Source of the DNA: Gammaproteobacteria bacterium | GTDB lineage: Bacteria > Pseudomonadota > Gammaproteobacteria > Acidiferrobacterales > SPGG2 | Reading direction: 5' to 3' | Length of the DNA stretch: 64,000 nt | Assembly (NCBI GenBank): GCA_029861845.1 | Contig: JAOTYM010000007.1 | Coordinates: forward strand, 2,960-66,959 | Shown: in pieces, positions 8,301 through 17,704 of the stretch | How the letters are laid out: each line of letters begins with the position of its first letter | How positions within the stretch are numbered: the stretch's first letter is position 1 | Notes under the pieces: model-generated | What the model saw: the letters and a program-made list of their open reading frames with translations, nothing else | Databases searched by the model: none | What the model was told of the DNA's origin: nothing | Position numbers and translations under genes: made by a program

Positions 8301-10352
8301 CGCTGCTACGCGGTAGTGAACATAGCGTGAAACATCGTCGTGGGTTATCGTTGCCGAGCTGTCTTCAATCTTACCAAGTTCTATGTACGGTCCGTCTTTT
8401 GTCGTCGCGGCATAGATGGCGTAGTGATCGACGAAGCTGGCGGCAGACGATCGCCACTTTAGCTCGGTATCACTCAACCCACCAGTGACAAGTAGGTCTT
8501 CGACCAATTCCGGCACCTGCAAGTAATCGAACACTTGCAGTGTTTGGCGCTTCTTGTCGTAGACATTGATCCGGGTCTTTTTCGAAGCTGGCACCATCAA
8601 TGACGTTGCATCCCCCAGGCCGATCGCCTGCTGCATCGCTGAACCGAATGTGAAAACTAGAGTTTTCCCGTTATAGACGTGCACCGTCTGCGGGTTACTG
8701 GTTGAGGCTAGGACGTACAGATTATCATCCTGATCAAGCGTCATCGCCCGGATCCTTCGATAACGATTGGACGAATCTTCGCCACCATTCAGTTCATACA
8801 CGAGTTCTTTCTCACGGGAAAACACGCGTATTCGCGGCGATTGATTGTCCGCGACATAGATATTACCCTTGGCATCGACGACGACAGCGCCAGGTCGGCG
8901 CAATCGTTGCGTCTCACCCTTGCGGTTGGCGAGTTTGTCCAGAAAAACACCGTCTCGCGAAAAGATCTGTACCCGCTTGCCGCTATCGGCAACGTAGATC
9001 TTGTCGCGCAAATAAATACCCGTGATGTTCTTGAATTGACCATCCTTAGATCCGCTGCGACCAAAGCTAAACCGCGGTTCGCCTTGATGCGAAAAAACCT
9101 TCAGTTCGCTGCCATCAACAATAATGACGTCTTTGTCGTCCACCGCGGCTAGTGTCGGCTTCTTGAACTTACCTGGTAGCATGCGCGCTACCTTGCCATC
9201 CGCCGATATAAGCGTGACGCTAGATTTCTCAACATTCAAACAAAGATGCTGGCCATCGGGTATTGAATAGGCAACACTACATTCGGCGCTGAGACTGTCG
9301 CCAAGCCTTATCCCCGGTAGGCGCAAATCCTTGCCGCGAGCTTGCCCTGTCACGCTCGGCAGGTCGTAGATTTCAATCTTATCGTTGCCTGAATCGCCGA
9401 CTATAAGCTGATTCGAAGGCGTCACTGCCAAACCCGAGATCGTGTGAAACTGCCCACGGCCCTTACCCTTGCCGCCGAAGGCATTAACAATCTCGCCGCT
9501 GTCACGATCGATCTGCATGATCTTGCCGTTTTCACCATCGGCAACGAAAACCTCTCCACCGTGACTAACCGCCATCGCGGCCAGGCGTGGTGGTTTGGGG
9601 ACATCAAGTCTGAGGTCTTCGGGACCGATGCGCTTTAGCAGCTTGCCCGAATGAGAATAGACCGATACGCGACCATTAGGCGCGCTATCCAAGACGTAAA
9701 CGTTTTCGTCCGTGTCTACTGCTATATGGGTAGGCCGGTTGAGTTTAACGGCGGGATCATTGCTACCGAAACTGAATAGAAAGACACCGTCTCGGCTATA
9801 CACCGAAATCCGGTTGTTGCCACCGTCGGCAACATAAAAACGACCCCTAGATGAATAAGCGATATCGGTAGGCGCGCTGAGGCGACCCGGTGTGCTCCCT
9901 GCCTCTGCGAAGGAGTATTGCAGCCTGCCGCTAGCATCGATCACGGCAACCGTAGCATCTACGGTATTGACCACAGCAATAAGCGAACTGTCTACCCCTG
10001 TAAGTCCACCGAGCCGAGTAGACCTGAAGGTAGCGTCTTTGCCGCCGAGCACAATAGACGTATCCGAAGAAGCGTCTAACTTGATTAGCCGGCCAGCCCT
10101 GCTATCTGTCAGAAATAGTGTCCCGCCGGCATCCATGAACATACCAGCGATTTCCGAGAACTTGGCTTGTTCGCTGGTATCAGCTGCGATCGCCCTGGAA
10201 AACTTGATAGTGGCATGCGAGGCTGTCGTGCAGAGCGCGCTGGTCACAAAAAGCGTGGCACAACAAAGGAATGCTAGCTTATTGGATGATTCTGGTTGCG
10301 CCCGACAGAACGTATAATACCTCCGACTAGACAGCCTGAAGTATACGTTCAT
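5316..10352 (-). CDS. Giant secreted multidomain protein: two NHL-repeat beta-propellers, an FN3/Ig-like module, a long TPR array, a transglutaminase-like (papain-fold) core and C-terminal TPRs
   Basis: 1678 aa.
- Residues about 24-47 form a signal/anchor-like hydrophobic segment.
- Repeated NHL-type blades (e.g. RFYVADGGNNRISVYSRDG, NVYVLDS, KIYVADSGKRVQIFSRDG, NIYVADNQSPRIRVFS) cover about 60-335 and 375-575.
- A TPR-like array covers about 705-1180.
- The motif KSGDCDDLSVLLSAGLENLGIETAMVDVPGHLFLMF has Cys1408 (codon 6129..6131) and His1434 (6051..6053), typical of the transglutaminase core.
- TPRs recur at about 1560-1670. Confidence 0.85.
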   Translation of the reverse strand: MNVYFRLSSRRYYTFCRAQPESSNKLAFLCCATLFVTSALCTTASHATIKFSRAIAADTSEQAKFSEIAGMFMDAGGTLFLTDSRAGRLIKLDASSDTSIVLGGKDATFRSTRLGGLTGVDSSLIAVVNTVDATVAVIDASGRLQYSFAEAGSTPGRLSAPTDIAYSSRGRFYVADGGNNRISVYSRDGVFLFSFGSNDPAVKLNRPTHIAVDTDENVYVLDSAPNGRVSVYSHSGKLLKRIGPEDLRLDVPKPPRLAAMAVSHGGEVFVADGENGKIMQIDRDSGEIVNAFGGKGKGRGQFHTISGLAVTPSNQLIVGDSGNDKIEIYDLPSVTGQARGKDLRLPGIRLGDSLSAECSVAYSIPDGQHLCLNVEKSSVTLISADGKVARMLPGKFKKPTLAAVDDKDVIIVDGSELKVFSHQGEPRFSFGRSGSKDGQFKNITGIYLRDKIYVADSGKRVQIFSRDGVFLDKLANRKGETQRLRRPGAVVVDAKGNIYVADNQSPRIRVFSREKELVYELNGGEDSSNRYRRIRAMTLDQDDNLYVLASTSNPQTVHVYNGKTLVFTFGSAMQQAIGLGDATSLMVPASKKTRINVYDKKRQTLQVFDYLQVPELVEDLLVTGGLSDTELKWRSSAASFVDHYAIYAATTKDGPYIELGKIEDSSATITHDDVSRYVHYRVAAVSGFGVEGPASETGSDLFQTGYGLYGDEKYAEAAEIFLSLYNDNSEHGEVLEYLGLSLDRQGKHKQAIRRFQELAKIPAFELKGLNRQAESFFGAQQFIETKAVADKAIARDQADASTYLWCGKAGLKLEDTAGAVNCLEKSIELDPNLESAHFLLGHTYVQLGAVDKGLAQFDQAVKVVPDNITVWIESGRAHQALAKHVQALERFNKALAIDKLNGDARLGAARSYIELNEYKRARAIALSMSGVREQEAAGQYLLGVIALANNRPQEAVLSLTKAVDEEPKNTNAWIGLADAYLALQDQVKARSALRQAISAEPALFEARLRLALLEQQGQNHVAAAREFEKAVVVQPNHYNLRYRYAISLAKLELLKEAAEQAEHAAILKPHSSEPLVLLASISHQQGKNGDAIRYLKKALARDPTSTDIELELGRLYLENDVLDISERHLQKAALKEPTNSIPHSLLGQLFLKKHNYDQAIAEFTIAVELDDNKENRLQLNTAYAEKKKSLEFDQNAPLVVLRDLQFKQAFSSAYKRYTNAPVGSIKVVNTGEAEYKNLRLTFHIKDYMDFPTHRRIDVLGPNETTEMPLLASFNNKIRDIDEDTGVQVEVKLDFYHEGQRHFVDITQPMTIYGKNAIVWREADMVGSFVTPTDEILKDYVRQAINSYRPEKGPLDENMVSAMTWFNVLSAYGMKYVVDPSSPFPQLTKDQLDYVQFPRETLKVKSGDCDDLSVLLSAGLENLGIETAMVDVPGHLFLMFNTRLPDKEKHIISLQDDLMVVRDGEVWIPLEATMISTTFSEAWAEGARKYQKWIQQEQLQVIPLKGAWRKYVPVTLAPAKYSITPPVGNEIKALVERERTVLVSKSLDRFLVAYRSLLRNKPDDIDARMQIGIIYGSNGLHDLSLKEFDQVLQVSPQNSAAYNNRGNLYYIKGDYDRALGAYREAEALDPKDGGIKVNLALVYYKLGSLKEAVAKHGEAVALDENIGKKYEAFGKLLAN

Positions 10353-10368
10353 AACATGCCCTCATCCC

Positions 10369-12603
10369 ATGCTTATCATGATTCGAGAGCCGCAGCGGCT
10401 CTTTGCCAGCTTTGTCCCTTCCATGATGAACGCTAGCAAAATCGGCTTCCTACTTACGGGTGTGGTGCTCATTATGTACCTACCCGGCGACCGGTTACCA
10501 GTCGGTATCCAGTTACTGGATGTCCTGGAATTCAGGACCTATGACATGCGGATGCGATCAGAGGGGATCCGTATCCCAGCCGGCGACGTAACTATCGCGG
10601 CGATAGATGAAAAAAGCCTGGCCGCAATCGGGCGTTGGCCCTGGAGCCGGCGCACGCAGGCCGAATTAATCGATAAATTAGACGCGCTCGGGGCGCGGGC
10701 GATCGCCTTAGATTACTTTCTCTCCGAATCGGAAAACAGCAAGCTACTGGCACATATCGGCCGACTTGAGGCTGAACAGGGGGCGACGGATAAGAGCAGC
10801 CCTTATGAGTCGATTAAGCGCGCGTTGGCAACCGATTCCACACTTGCACGGGCCATCGCCAACAGCGGTAAAGTCATACTCAGCATCGTCCTACTGTCCG
10901 AGGAGGAAACGAGCGGACGGCCCGCCGACGAAGCCGCACGCGCTCTGGATCAGGTCAAAGACCAGGCCATTCGTGCGATCCTGGATAGTGGCGATGGAAG
11001 CCTGGACTTTGAGATGCCCCGCACCTTCGGTGTGCTCGCTAACTTGCCGGAGATACAAAGCGGTGCCAAATACGCTGGACACATAAACAGCACGCCGGAT
11101 TCCGATGGCACTGTGCGTCGGGCGTCACTCGTGATGCAGCATAAGGGTCATTTTTTTCCGTCGGCGGACGTGCAGGCGGTGCGGGCGTACCTGGGTGTCG
11201 ATGACCTCTTACTACGCACTACCCAATACGGGATTACCGGTTTGGCGATCGGCAGTCGCATCATCAAGACAGATGAACGTGGTCGCGCTTTGATTCACTA
11301 CCATGGTCCCGAAAAGACCATCCCGACCATTTCTCTATCGGACATCGATGCGGGTACTGTTGATCCAGCCCTCATCAAGGGCAAGATTGTGATCGTCGGA
11401 CCAACCGCCAAGGGTATCGGCGATGTGGCAGTAACCCCTTACGGGACTGTTTTTCCAGGCGTAGAGATTCGTGCCAATACGATGCAAAACCTGATAAACA
11501 ACGACTTCATCAACCGTCCGGATTGGGTGACTTTGGTGGACGCGCTCGTTATCTTGGTGGTTGGGCTGTTTCTATCTTGGTTGTTGCCAAAAATCGGTAT
11601 GTGGCAGGGCGCAGCCTTGGCGCTGACATTCTTAGTCATACACACATTGGCTGTAGTTATCTTATTTCGTGCCCCGTGGCTCAATATGTTATGGCTCAAT
11701 ATTGTCTATCCTTCGGTACTCATCCTCCTGCTTTTCGTTTCCTCAACAATTGCTAAGTACGTAAGTGCAGAGACCGGGAAGCGGCAAATCAAAAAAGCGT
11801 TTCAACATTATGTACCGAGCGCGGTTGTCAATGACATTACCGACAATGTCGATCGACTTCGGTTAGGCGGTGATAAACGCGAACTCACCGTGCTGTTTTC
11901 TGATATCCGCGGTTTTACCGCTGTGTCACAATCACTCGCGCCAGAAGACTTGGTACGCCTTTTGAACGTTTACCTGACACGAATGACAGCGAAAGTGTTC
12001 GATCATGATGGCCTGCTAGACAAGTACATCGGCGATGCCATTATGGCTGTCTACGGTGCACCCATACACCGAGAGGACCATGCCGTGCTTGCATGCCGCA
12101 CTGCCCTGGACATGATCGACGCATTGGATGAATTACAGACGATCTGGAAAGCAGAAGGACTACCGATTCTAGATATTGGCATCGGCATCAATACTGGACC
12201 CATGGTAGTCGGTAACATGGGTTCTGAGAATCGTTTTGACTATACGGTTATCGGCGACGCTGTTAATCTGGGTTCTAGAATAGAAGCCCTTAATAAAACC
12301 TATGGCACGCGCATTCTCATAAGCGAGTTTACATACGAACAGGTGCGTAACGAGTTCCCAGATGTACGCGAAATCGATATTACGCGCGTTCGGGGGAGAA
12401 CCGAACCAGTAAGAATCTATGAGCTCATGCGGGCAGCCGAATATTCATCTATGGATTGGGTGGCGGAATATCAGGAAGCCTACAAGCTGGTGCGCAAAAA
12501 CGAGCCCAGCCAAGCGCTGTTGATATTCCAGTACCTGAATGAGACGGTGAACGATCCTGTTAGTAAGTACTACATGCAAAGCTGCCGGGCCGCCCTTGGA
12601 TGA
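10369..12603 (+). CDS. CHASE2 sensor-domain class III adenylate cyclase
   Basis: 744 aa.
- The N-terminal periplasmic region has the CHASE2-typical IAAIDEKSL..GRWPWSRR motif.
- A three- to four-helix TM block follows at about 385-465.
- The cyclase core has ELTVLFSDIRGFT, DKYIGDAIMAVYG and YTVIGDAVNLGSRIE.
- The metal Asp residues, Lys552/Thr626 and the Asn/Arg pair are all present.
- The start may be the internal MMNASK at 10423. Confidence 0.88.
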   Translation: MLIMIREPQRLFASFVPSMMNASKIGFLLTGVVLIMYLPGDRLPVGIQLLDVLEFRTYDMRMRSEGIRIPAGDVTIAAIDEKSLAAIGRWPWSRRTQAELIDKLDALGARAIALDYFLSESENSKLLAHIGRLEAEQGATDKSSPYESIKRALATDSTLARAIANSGKVILSIVLLSEEETSGRPADEAARALDQVKDQAIRAILDSGDGSLDFEMPRTFGVLANLPEIQSGAKYAGHINSTPDSDGTVRRASLVMQHKGHFFPSADVQAVRAYLGVDDLLLRTTQYGITGLAIGSRIIKTDERGRALIHYHGPEKTIPTISLSDIDAGTVDPALIKGKIVIVGPTAKGIGDVAVTPYGTVFPGVEIRANTMQNLINNDFINRPDWVTLVDALVILVVGLFLSWLLPKIGMWQGAALALTFLVIHTLAVVILFRAPWLNMLWLNIVYPSVLILLLFVSSTIAKYVSAETGKRQIKKAFQHYVPSAVVNDITDNVDRLRLGGDKRELTVLFSDIRGFTAVSQSLAPEDLVRLLNVYLTRMTAKVFDHDGLLDKYIGDAIMAVYGAPIHREDHAVLACRTALDMIDALDELQTIWKAEGLPILDIGIGINTGPMVVGNMGSENRFDYTVIGDAVNLGSRIEALNKTYGTRILISEFTYEQVRNEFPDVREIDITRVRGRTEPVRIYELMRAAEYSSMDWVAEYQEAYKLVRKNEPSQALLIFQYLNETVNDPVSKYYMQSCRAALG
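10386..10402. repeat. Perfect 17-bp palindrome AGAGCCGC-A-GCGGCTCT (candidate operator in the divergent control region)
   Basis: Read directly from the sequence. It lies between the giant-ORF start (10352) and the more plausible cyclase start at 10423. Confidence 0.3.
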
Positions 12604-12665
12604 TGCACCGGGGTAGTCGTCGACTGGGTGGCGGGCACGTATCGGTGGCGTAGACTCACCGCATC

Positions 12666-14429
12666 GTGAAACAACGCCTTTGCAAACTGCTTGCTCGGGC
12701 TCTGGCCGACTTGGCAAACCATGACACCCTTCCCGTCGGTTACGATGCTGCGGCAATTCATATCGAACGTGCGCGGCGCAAGGGCCACGGGGACTTTGCC
12801 AGCAATGTTGCGCTTACGCTCGCAGATAGAGCCAGCCTACCGCCACGCGAGCTGGCGCAAGCAATCGTTGAACGACTACCGGCGTCAGATTTTGTCGACC
12901 AGGTAGAGATCGCGGGTCCGGGTTTTATTAACTTTTTCTTGAGCCGTGCCGCATTTGAAGCGGTGGTGCCGGATGTTCTCGAGGCCGGCGACGCGTTTGG
13001 TCGTAGCGATATCGGTGCTGGAAAGAAAGTACAAGTCGAATTCGTTTCTGCCAATCCGACTGGGCCTTTGCACGTCGGACACGGCCGCGGTGCAGCGTAT
13101 GGTGCCGCGGTGGCTGATCTGCTGCAGGCAGTCGGCTTTGAGGTTCAGCGCGAATACTATGTTAACGACGCCGGGCGACAAATGGACATACTTGCCACCA
13201 GCATCTGGCTACGCTATCAAGAGTTGTCTGGTGAAGCGGTGCCATTCCCTGCCAGTGGTTATCGCGGCGATTACATTTACGACATCGCAGGCCAACTGTA
13301 TCGCCAACATGGCAAACGATTACAGCGATCTGCAAGCGAGGTCGTCCGCGATCTGCCGCTGGATATTTCGGAGGGTGGCGACGCAGAGGCGCGTATTGAT
13401 GCGCTTATTAGCCGTGCCAAAACCTTGCTAGGTGAATCCCAATACCGCCAAGTTCACAACTATGGTCTTGAAACCATTCTCGCTAGCATTCGCCAGGATT
13501 TAGAGCAATTCGGTGTACACCATGACGTGTGGTTCTTTGAGCGTTCCGTAACCCAAAGTAGTGCAATGAAGGATGCCATCGAGCGGTTGCGCGCTTCCGG
13601 GCATGTCTACAACAAGGACGCGGCACTGTGGTTTCGCTCGACCGATTACCAAGATGAGAAGGATCGCGTACTTATAAAGAACGATGGTCAACACACATAT
13701 TTCGCTTCCGACTTCGCGTATCACATAAACAAACTCGGACGTGGCTTTGGCCGGCTAATCGACATCTGGGGTGCGGACCACCACGGTCACGTGCCGCGCA
13801 TGAAGGCAGCTTTCAGTGCCATCGGTGAGGATCCAGCGAAACTCGACGTCTTACTTGTGCAGTTCGCAGTGCTCTATCGCGGCGGCAAAAAGTTGCAGAT
13901 GTCTACCCGCAGTGGCGAATTTGTGACATTGCATGAACTATGCAAGGAAATAGGGAAAGACGCAGCACGCTTCTTCTATGTTATGCGCAAATGCGAACAA
14001 CATATGGATTTTGATCTCGATTTGGCAAAGTCGCAAACGGCTGATAATCCTGTCTACTACGTGCAATACGCGCACGCCCGAATTTGTAGCGTATTCCGCC
14101 AGATGCAAGAGAAGAAACTCACACACAACCGTGATAACGGCAACGCCCACTTGGATCTGCTCACCGAATCACACGAGCGAGACCTGCTCGTGGCACTTTC
14201 ACGCTACCCTGAGGTCGTGGAGTCGGCGGCTACTGCACTCGAACCGCATCAGATACCACACTACTTACGCGGACTCGCTAATGGGTTTCATACTTACTAT
14301 AACGCCCATACCTTTCTTGTCGATTCAGCGGACCTACGCGACGCGCGCTTGAACCTGATCGCCGCCACTCGCCAGGTGATCAGTAATGGATTGAAGTTAA
14401 TAGGTGTGTCAGCACCGGAAAAGATGTAG
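12666..14429 (+). CDS. argS: Arginine--tRNA ligase
   Basis: 587 aa with a GTG start. It has [12 protein letters not shown], the HIGH-type motif [11 protein letters not shown] and the MSTR motif ([10 protein letters not shown]). Confidence 0.95.
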   Translation: MKQRLCKLLARALADLANHDTLPVGYDAAAIHIERARRKGHGDFASNVALTLADRASLPPRELAQAIVERLPASDFVDQVEIAGPGFINFFLSRAAFEAVVPDVLEAGDAFGRSDIGAGKKVQVEFVSANPTGPLHVGHGRGAAYGAAVADLLQAVGFEVQREYYVNDAGRQMDILATSIWLRYQELSGEAVPFPASGYRGDYIYDIAGQLYRQHGKRLQRSASEVVRDLPLDISEGGDAEARIDALISRAKTLLGESQYRQVHNYGLETILASIRQDLEQFGVHHDVWFFERSVTQSSAMKDAIERLRASGHVYNKDAALWFRSTDYQDEKDRVLIKNDGQHTYFASDFAYHINKLGRGFGRLIDIWGADHHGHVPRMKAAFSAIGEDPAKLDVLLVQFAVLYRGGKKLQMSTRSGEFVTLHELCKEIGKDAARFFYVMRKCEQHMDFDLDLAKSQTADNPVYYVQYAHARICSVFRQMQEKKLTHNRDNGNAHLDLLTESHERDLLVALSRYPEVVESAATALEPHQIPHYLRGLANGFHTYYNAHTFLVDSADLRDARLNLIAATRQVISNGLKLIGVSAPEKM

Positions 14430-14438
14430 GTTGGACCG

Positions 14439-15032
14439 ATGGCGGTAAGGCGAAAACGAACTAAGCGGCCCCGAGGCAAAGGTAAGAAACTCCCCAACTG
14501 GGGCTTGCTCGGCTTGGGCTTGGCAATCGGCGTCGTATTTACGATCCTGATCCAGATTTTTGTTGATCGCGTAGCAACACCCGGTAGCGGTCTTGGCGCT
14601 CTCGTGAGTCGTATGGATAAGCCCGAGCAAACACCTGCACCGCAGAAATCATCGCCTCAAACCAAAAGCGAGCTTCCTAAGCCGAAGTTCGATTTCTATA
14701 CTATTTTGCCGGAAGTCGAAACAGTACTTCCACAAGCGCAATCGACGAAAGAAAAGAAAGATGCCAAGCCCGCCGTTCCCGAAAAGAACGTCAGTTATGT
14801 TTTGCAAGCGGCCTCGTTTGCGAAGTTCGAAGATGCTGACCGCCTGAAGGCGGAACTTGCCTTGAATGGGCTCTCGACCCATATTCAGAAAGTCACCATA
14901 GAGGGTCGTGGCGAGTATCATCGTGTACGTTTAGGACCTTACAGCAATCTTGACGAGCTCGATGTGGCTCACCAACGCCTACGCAAATTAGGTATTCAGG
15001 CGTTACGTCTGAAGGTTAAAGGACAAGGCTGA
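14439..15032 (+). CDS. SPOR-domain cell-division protein (FtsN/DedD-like)
   Basis: 197 aa with a basic N-terminus plus a TM helix and a Pro/Lys-rich linker. The C-terminal SPOR fold is YVLQAASFAKFEDADRLKAEL...YHRVRLGPYSNLDEL. It follows argS, as in pseudomonads. Confidence 0.8.
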   Translation: MAVRRKRTKRPRGKGKKLPNWGLLGLGLAIGVVFTILIQIFVDRVATPGSGLGALVSRMDKPEQTPAPQKSSPQTKSELPKPKFDFYTILPEVETVLPQAQSTKEKKDAKPAVPEKNVSYVLQAASFAKFEDADRLKAELALNGLSTHIQKVTIEGRGEYHRVRLGPYSNLDELDVAHQRLRKLGIQALRLKVKGQG

Positions 15033-15045
15033 TAGCAGCGAACCC

Positions 15046-15927
15046 TCATCCTTGACCTTGCTCTAACATCCACTGCTTCTGACGAAGCAATGCCGAGATG
15101 TCTTCGTCTCCGAAGCCTGCATCCATCAGGCGCTTGTAGTGGATCAATGTCATCTCGACAATGGGTAGTTGGGCCGCCAACGTCTGCGCCATGCGTTTGC
15201 AAATGGTGAGATCTTTATGGTGTAACGCGATCTTGAATCCAGGTGTGAATTCCTGTTTCAGCATGCTTGGCCCGCGATTGTTTAAGAACCAGTTCCCGGC
15301 CGCGCCCGCCGACAAGGCTGCGATCACTCTATCCATAGGCAGGCCCATGGCCTGTCCGAACGCCAAAGCTTCGGTCACGCCCTGCAACACACCGGCTGCC
15401 ATAACTTGATTTACCGCCTTTGCGCCTTGGCCATTACCGACCGGGCCCAAATGTGTAATCAGCCCCGCGACCACTTCTAGTACTGGCCGCACGCGCTCCA
15501 GCACCGCCTCATCGCCACCCACCATCATCGTTAGCGTACCCTGGCGGGCACCTTCCACACCGCCCGACAACGGAGCGTCGAGAAACGCCACACCAATCTT
15601 GGCTAGTCGTTCGGCAACCTGTCGCGCTGTTTCGATGCTCACGGTGGAGGTATCAACAACCACCTTTCCCTCGGCAAGCCCGGGCAGCACCGTATCGATA
15701 ACCTCGAGTAGATCCTCGTCGCGCGACACGCTAATAAAAATCAATTCGCATTCACGGACGAGCGTGATTGGATCTTTGGCAAGCGCAATGCCGTTAGCTT
15801 TTACGAATCGCGAAACCCGCTCGAAGGTGCGATTCCACGCCAGTTTGAGTTTTCCCGCCTTATGCAGGTTCAGTGCCATCGGGGCCCCCATGGCCCCGAG
15901 TCCAATAAATCCAGTTTTCATCGCCAA
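15046..15927 (-). CDS. NAD(P)-dependent 3-hydroxyisobutyrate/6-phosphogluconate dehydrogenase-family oxidoreductase
   Basis: 293 aa with a Rossmann motif (GFIGLGAMGAPMALNL). Overall it resembles MmsB/GarR. Confidence 0.85.
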   Translation of the reverse strand: MAMKTGFIGLGAMGAPMALNLHKAGKLKLAWNRTFERVSRFVKANGIALAKDPITLVRECELIFISVSRDEDLLEVIDTVLPGLAEGKVVVDTSTVSIETARQVAERLAKIGVAFLDAPLSGGVEGARQGTLTMMVGGDEAVLERVRPVLEVVAGLITHLGPVGNGQGAKAVNQVMAAGVLQGVTEALAFGQAMGLPMDRVIAALSAGAAGNWFLNNRGPSMLKQEFTPGFKIALHHKDLTICKRMAQTLAAQLPIVEMTLIHYKRLMDAGFGDEDISALLRQKQWMLEQGQG

Positions 15928-16239
15928 CTCCCAGTGATCATTTTCTTTTCCGTTGAAGTAGTCAGTTTAGCGCGGCGCGTTGCAGTCGGCGCGGCCAGGG
16001 AGCACACACCATCATTCTGCACACAATGACGAGCGATCGGGCCGGTGGAGCGCCATCCGTCGCGTCTCCGCAATCGGTTCTGGCTGCTTATAGCTGCTTA
16101 TATATAGATACTTCCGCCGTGCGCTGGCCGTAATCAAGGCGGATTCCGGCCGCGCTGGACCGGGTAATATCGTTTGGCTGAAACTTCGATTATATTTCCT
16201 ATACTTACGGCTAGAAGGGCAATTCCCCGGGAGAATCAT

Positions 16240-17661
16240 GTGAGCAAAATTATAAGGATTGTAGGCATGCTACTGGTGCTAGTCGCGGTTATCGTCGCCG
16301 CCGCACCCTTTTGGTTCGGCATACAGGCTGAGAAAACCTATAACAACTTAATCCAACAGATATCTAAGAGCGGCAGTGGCACGTTTACAACGAGAAGCTA
16401 CGAGCGTGGCTGGCTGCGTTCCAGCGCCGAAACCTTAGTGGCCTTACCAGGGCTACCGTTGGATATGTTGGTAAGGCACAACATCTCACACGGTCCCCTG
16501 GCGATAGACAAGATTATCCGGGGCGATCTCGTATTTACACCGGCCGCTGCGTTTATCAGCAGTGGCGCAACGTTGACCCCGCGAAAAGGGGCAACGGCAG
16601 GCATGGTGAAAGATCTGGCTAGATATTTGCCGCCGATGACAGCAGAAACCATGTTTGGTCTCACCGGCGGCGGCGCCGAAACCGAGATCAATGTGGCACC
16701 GATGAAGCGCAAGACCAAAGATGGTGAAATCAATTGGCATGGTCTTACCGGGACGCTGGTGTTTCGTGGTGATGGGCGCGTCAATACGCAGCTCAGCACC
16801 CGCGGCATTTCCCTGCTCTCCGAGAATGAGCCACTCTCAGTCAGCAACATATCATTTCAGTCCGATGCACGTGGCGATGGCGGCATCATGTTCGGTAACA
16901 GCTCCTTAACTGTGGCGAAAATGGATATCGGGCCCGACGTGAGTGTCAAGGGCTTGAGGTTCACTACAACCGCAAAACCGGCCGGCAATAATATTAATTC
17001 CACTATAAACTACCAAGTCAAAGACATCACAGTGGGCACCGACCATTACGGTCCTGGTCAGCTGACCCTACAGTTACGCAAGCTCAACGCGGCTGCCCTT
17101 CGCCGGTTCGAACAGAAGGTCAACGGTATTTCGAAGCGCGGGCTAGCGGAAGAACAAAGACAGATGATGGTCGCGGCGGAAACCATGAAGCTTATCGCCA
17201 GCCTATCTAAGAGTGCGCCGGAACTTGAGGTCACCAAGCTCAGCTTCAAGGCCCGTGAAGGTGAGCTCACCGGCACCGCGAAGTTGGTGTTGGACGGAAG
17301 CAAACTCAATGTAGCCGAAAACATGATGCTACTGCTAAGGGCGCTGCGGGGCGACGCCGAACTTTCGATTCCGCCCAGCATGGTCAAAGCGTTCCTCACT
17401 CCGCGAATCCGCAGCGATATAGAAAACTATAAGCGACGTGGAATCTTGAGCCAACGCGAAGCAAACAAATTGACACCTAAAGTGATGTCGCGGATCGTCG
17501 ACGAAGCATATCCTTCTTATTTGACCAGAAATGGTTTCACCAAGTTACTGGTGCCGTCTGGTGCGTACTACACAATCACAGCATCCTTTCGGCAAGGCAA
17601 ATTCTTGGTCAATAATCGACCACTTAACCAACCGCTGTTGGGGTTCGGTCGCGGCACGTAG
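16240..17661 (+). CDS. YdgA-like DUF945 membrane-anchored protein
   Basis: The ORF is open from 16174. GTG at 16240 is preceded by GGGAGA and yields VSKIIRIVGMLLVLVAVIVAAAPFWFG, an N-terminal anchor. The YERGWLRSSAET motif is typical of the DUF945/YdgA family. Confidence 0.7.
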   Translation: MSKIIRIVGMLLVLVAVIVAAAPFWFGIQAEKTYNNLIQQISKSGSGTFTTRSYERGWLRSSAETLVALPGLPLDMLVRHNISHGPLAIDKIIRGDLVFTPAAAFISSGATLTPRKGATAGMVKDLARYLPPMTAETMFGLTGGGAETEINVAPMKRKTKDGEINWHGLTGTLVFRGDGRVNTQLSTRGISLLSENEPLSVSNISFQSDARGDGGIMFGNSSLTVAKMDIGPDVSVKGLRFTTTAKPAGNNINSTINYQVKDITVGTDHYGPGQLTLQLRKLNAAALRRFEQKVNGISKRGLAEEQRQMMVAAETMKLIASLSKSAPELEVTKLSFKAREGELTGTAKLVLDGSKLNVAENMMLLLRALRGDAELSIPPSMVKAFLTPRIRSDIENYKRRGILSQREANKLTPKVMSRIVDEAYPSYLTRNGFTKLLVPSGAYYTITASFRQGKFLVNNRPLNQPLLGFGRGT

Positions 17662-17671
17662 AATCCAGACG

Positions 17672-17704
17672 AGACGGGCACACAAGCGCCCGTCTTTAGT
17701 TTTT
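17672..17704 (+). terminator. Rho-independent terminator (also usable for convergent amtB)
   Basis: AGACGGGC-8 nt loop-GCCCGTCT followed by TTAGTTTTT. It sits between the convergent DUF945 and amtB stops. Confidence 0.7.

Noticed and set aside
7079-10317. Several 60-141-aa plus-strand ORFs inside the giant minus-strand gene (e.g. 9892..10317, 7695..8030, 8702..9152).
   Set aside because: They are shadow ORFs of a continuous 1678-codon frame with recognisable repeats. None has a start context or a family resemblance.
16083-16102. A tandem duplication GCTGCTTATA x2 in the spacer upstream of the DUF945 gene.
   Set aside because: There are only two copies of a 10-mer. This is consistent with replication slippage, with no evidence of function.
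16012-16239. A 75-aa minus-strand ORF in the 312-bp spacer between the dehydrogenase and DUF945 genes.
   Set aside because: It has no RBS, a Ser/Arg/Pro-rich sequence and no family resemblance. It overlaps the likely promoter and RBS of the DUF945 gene.
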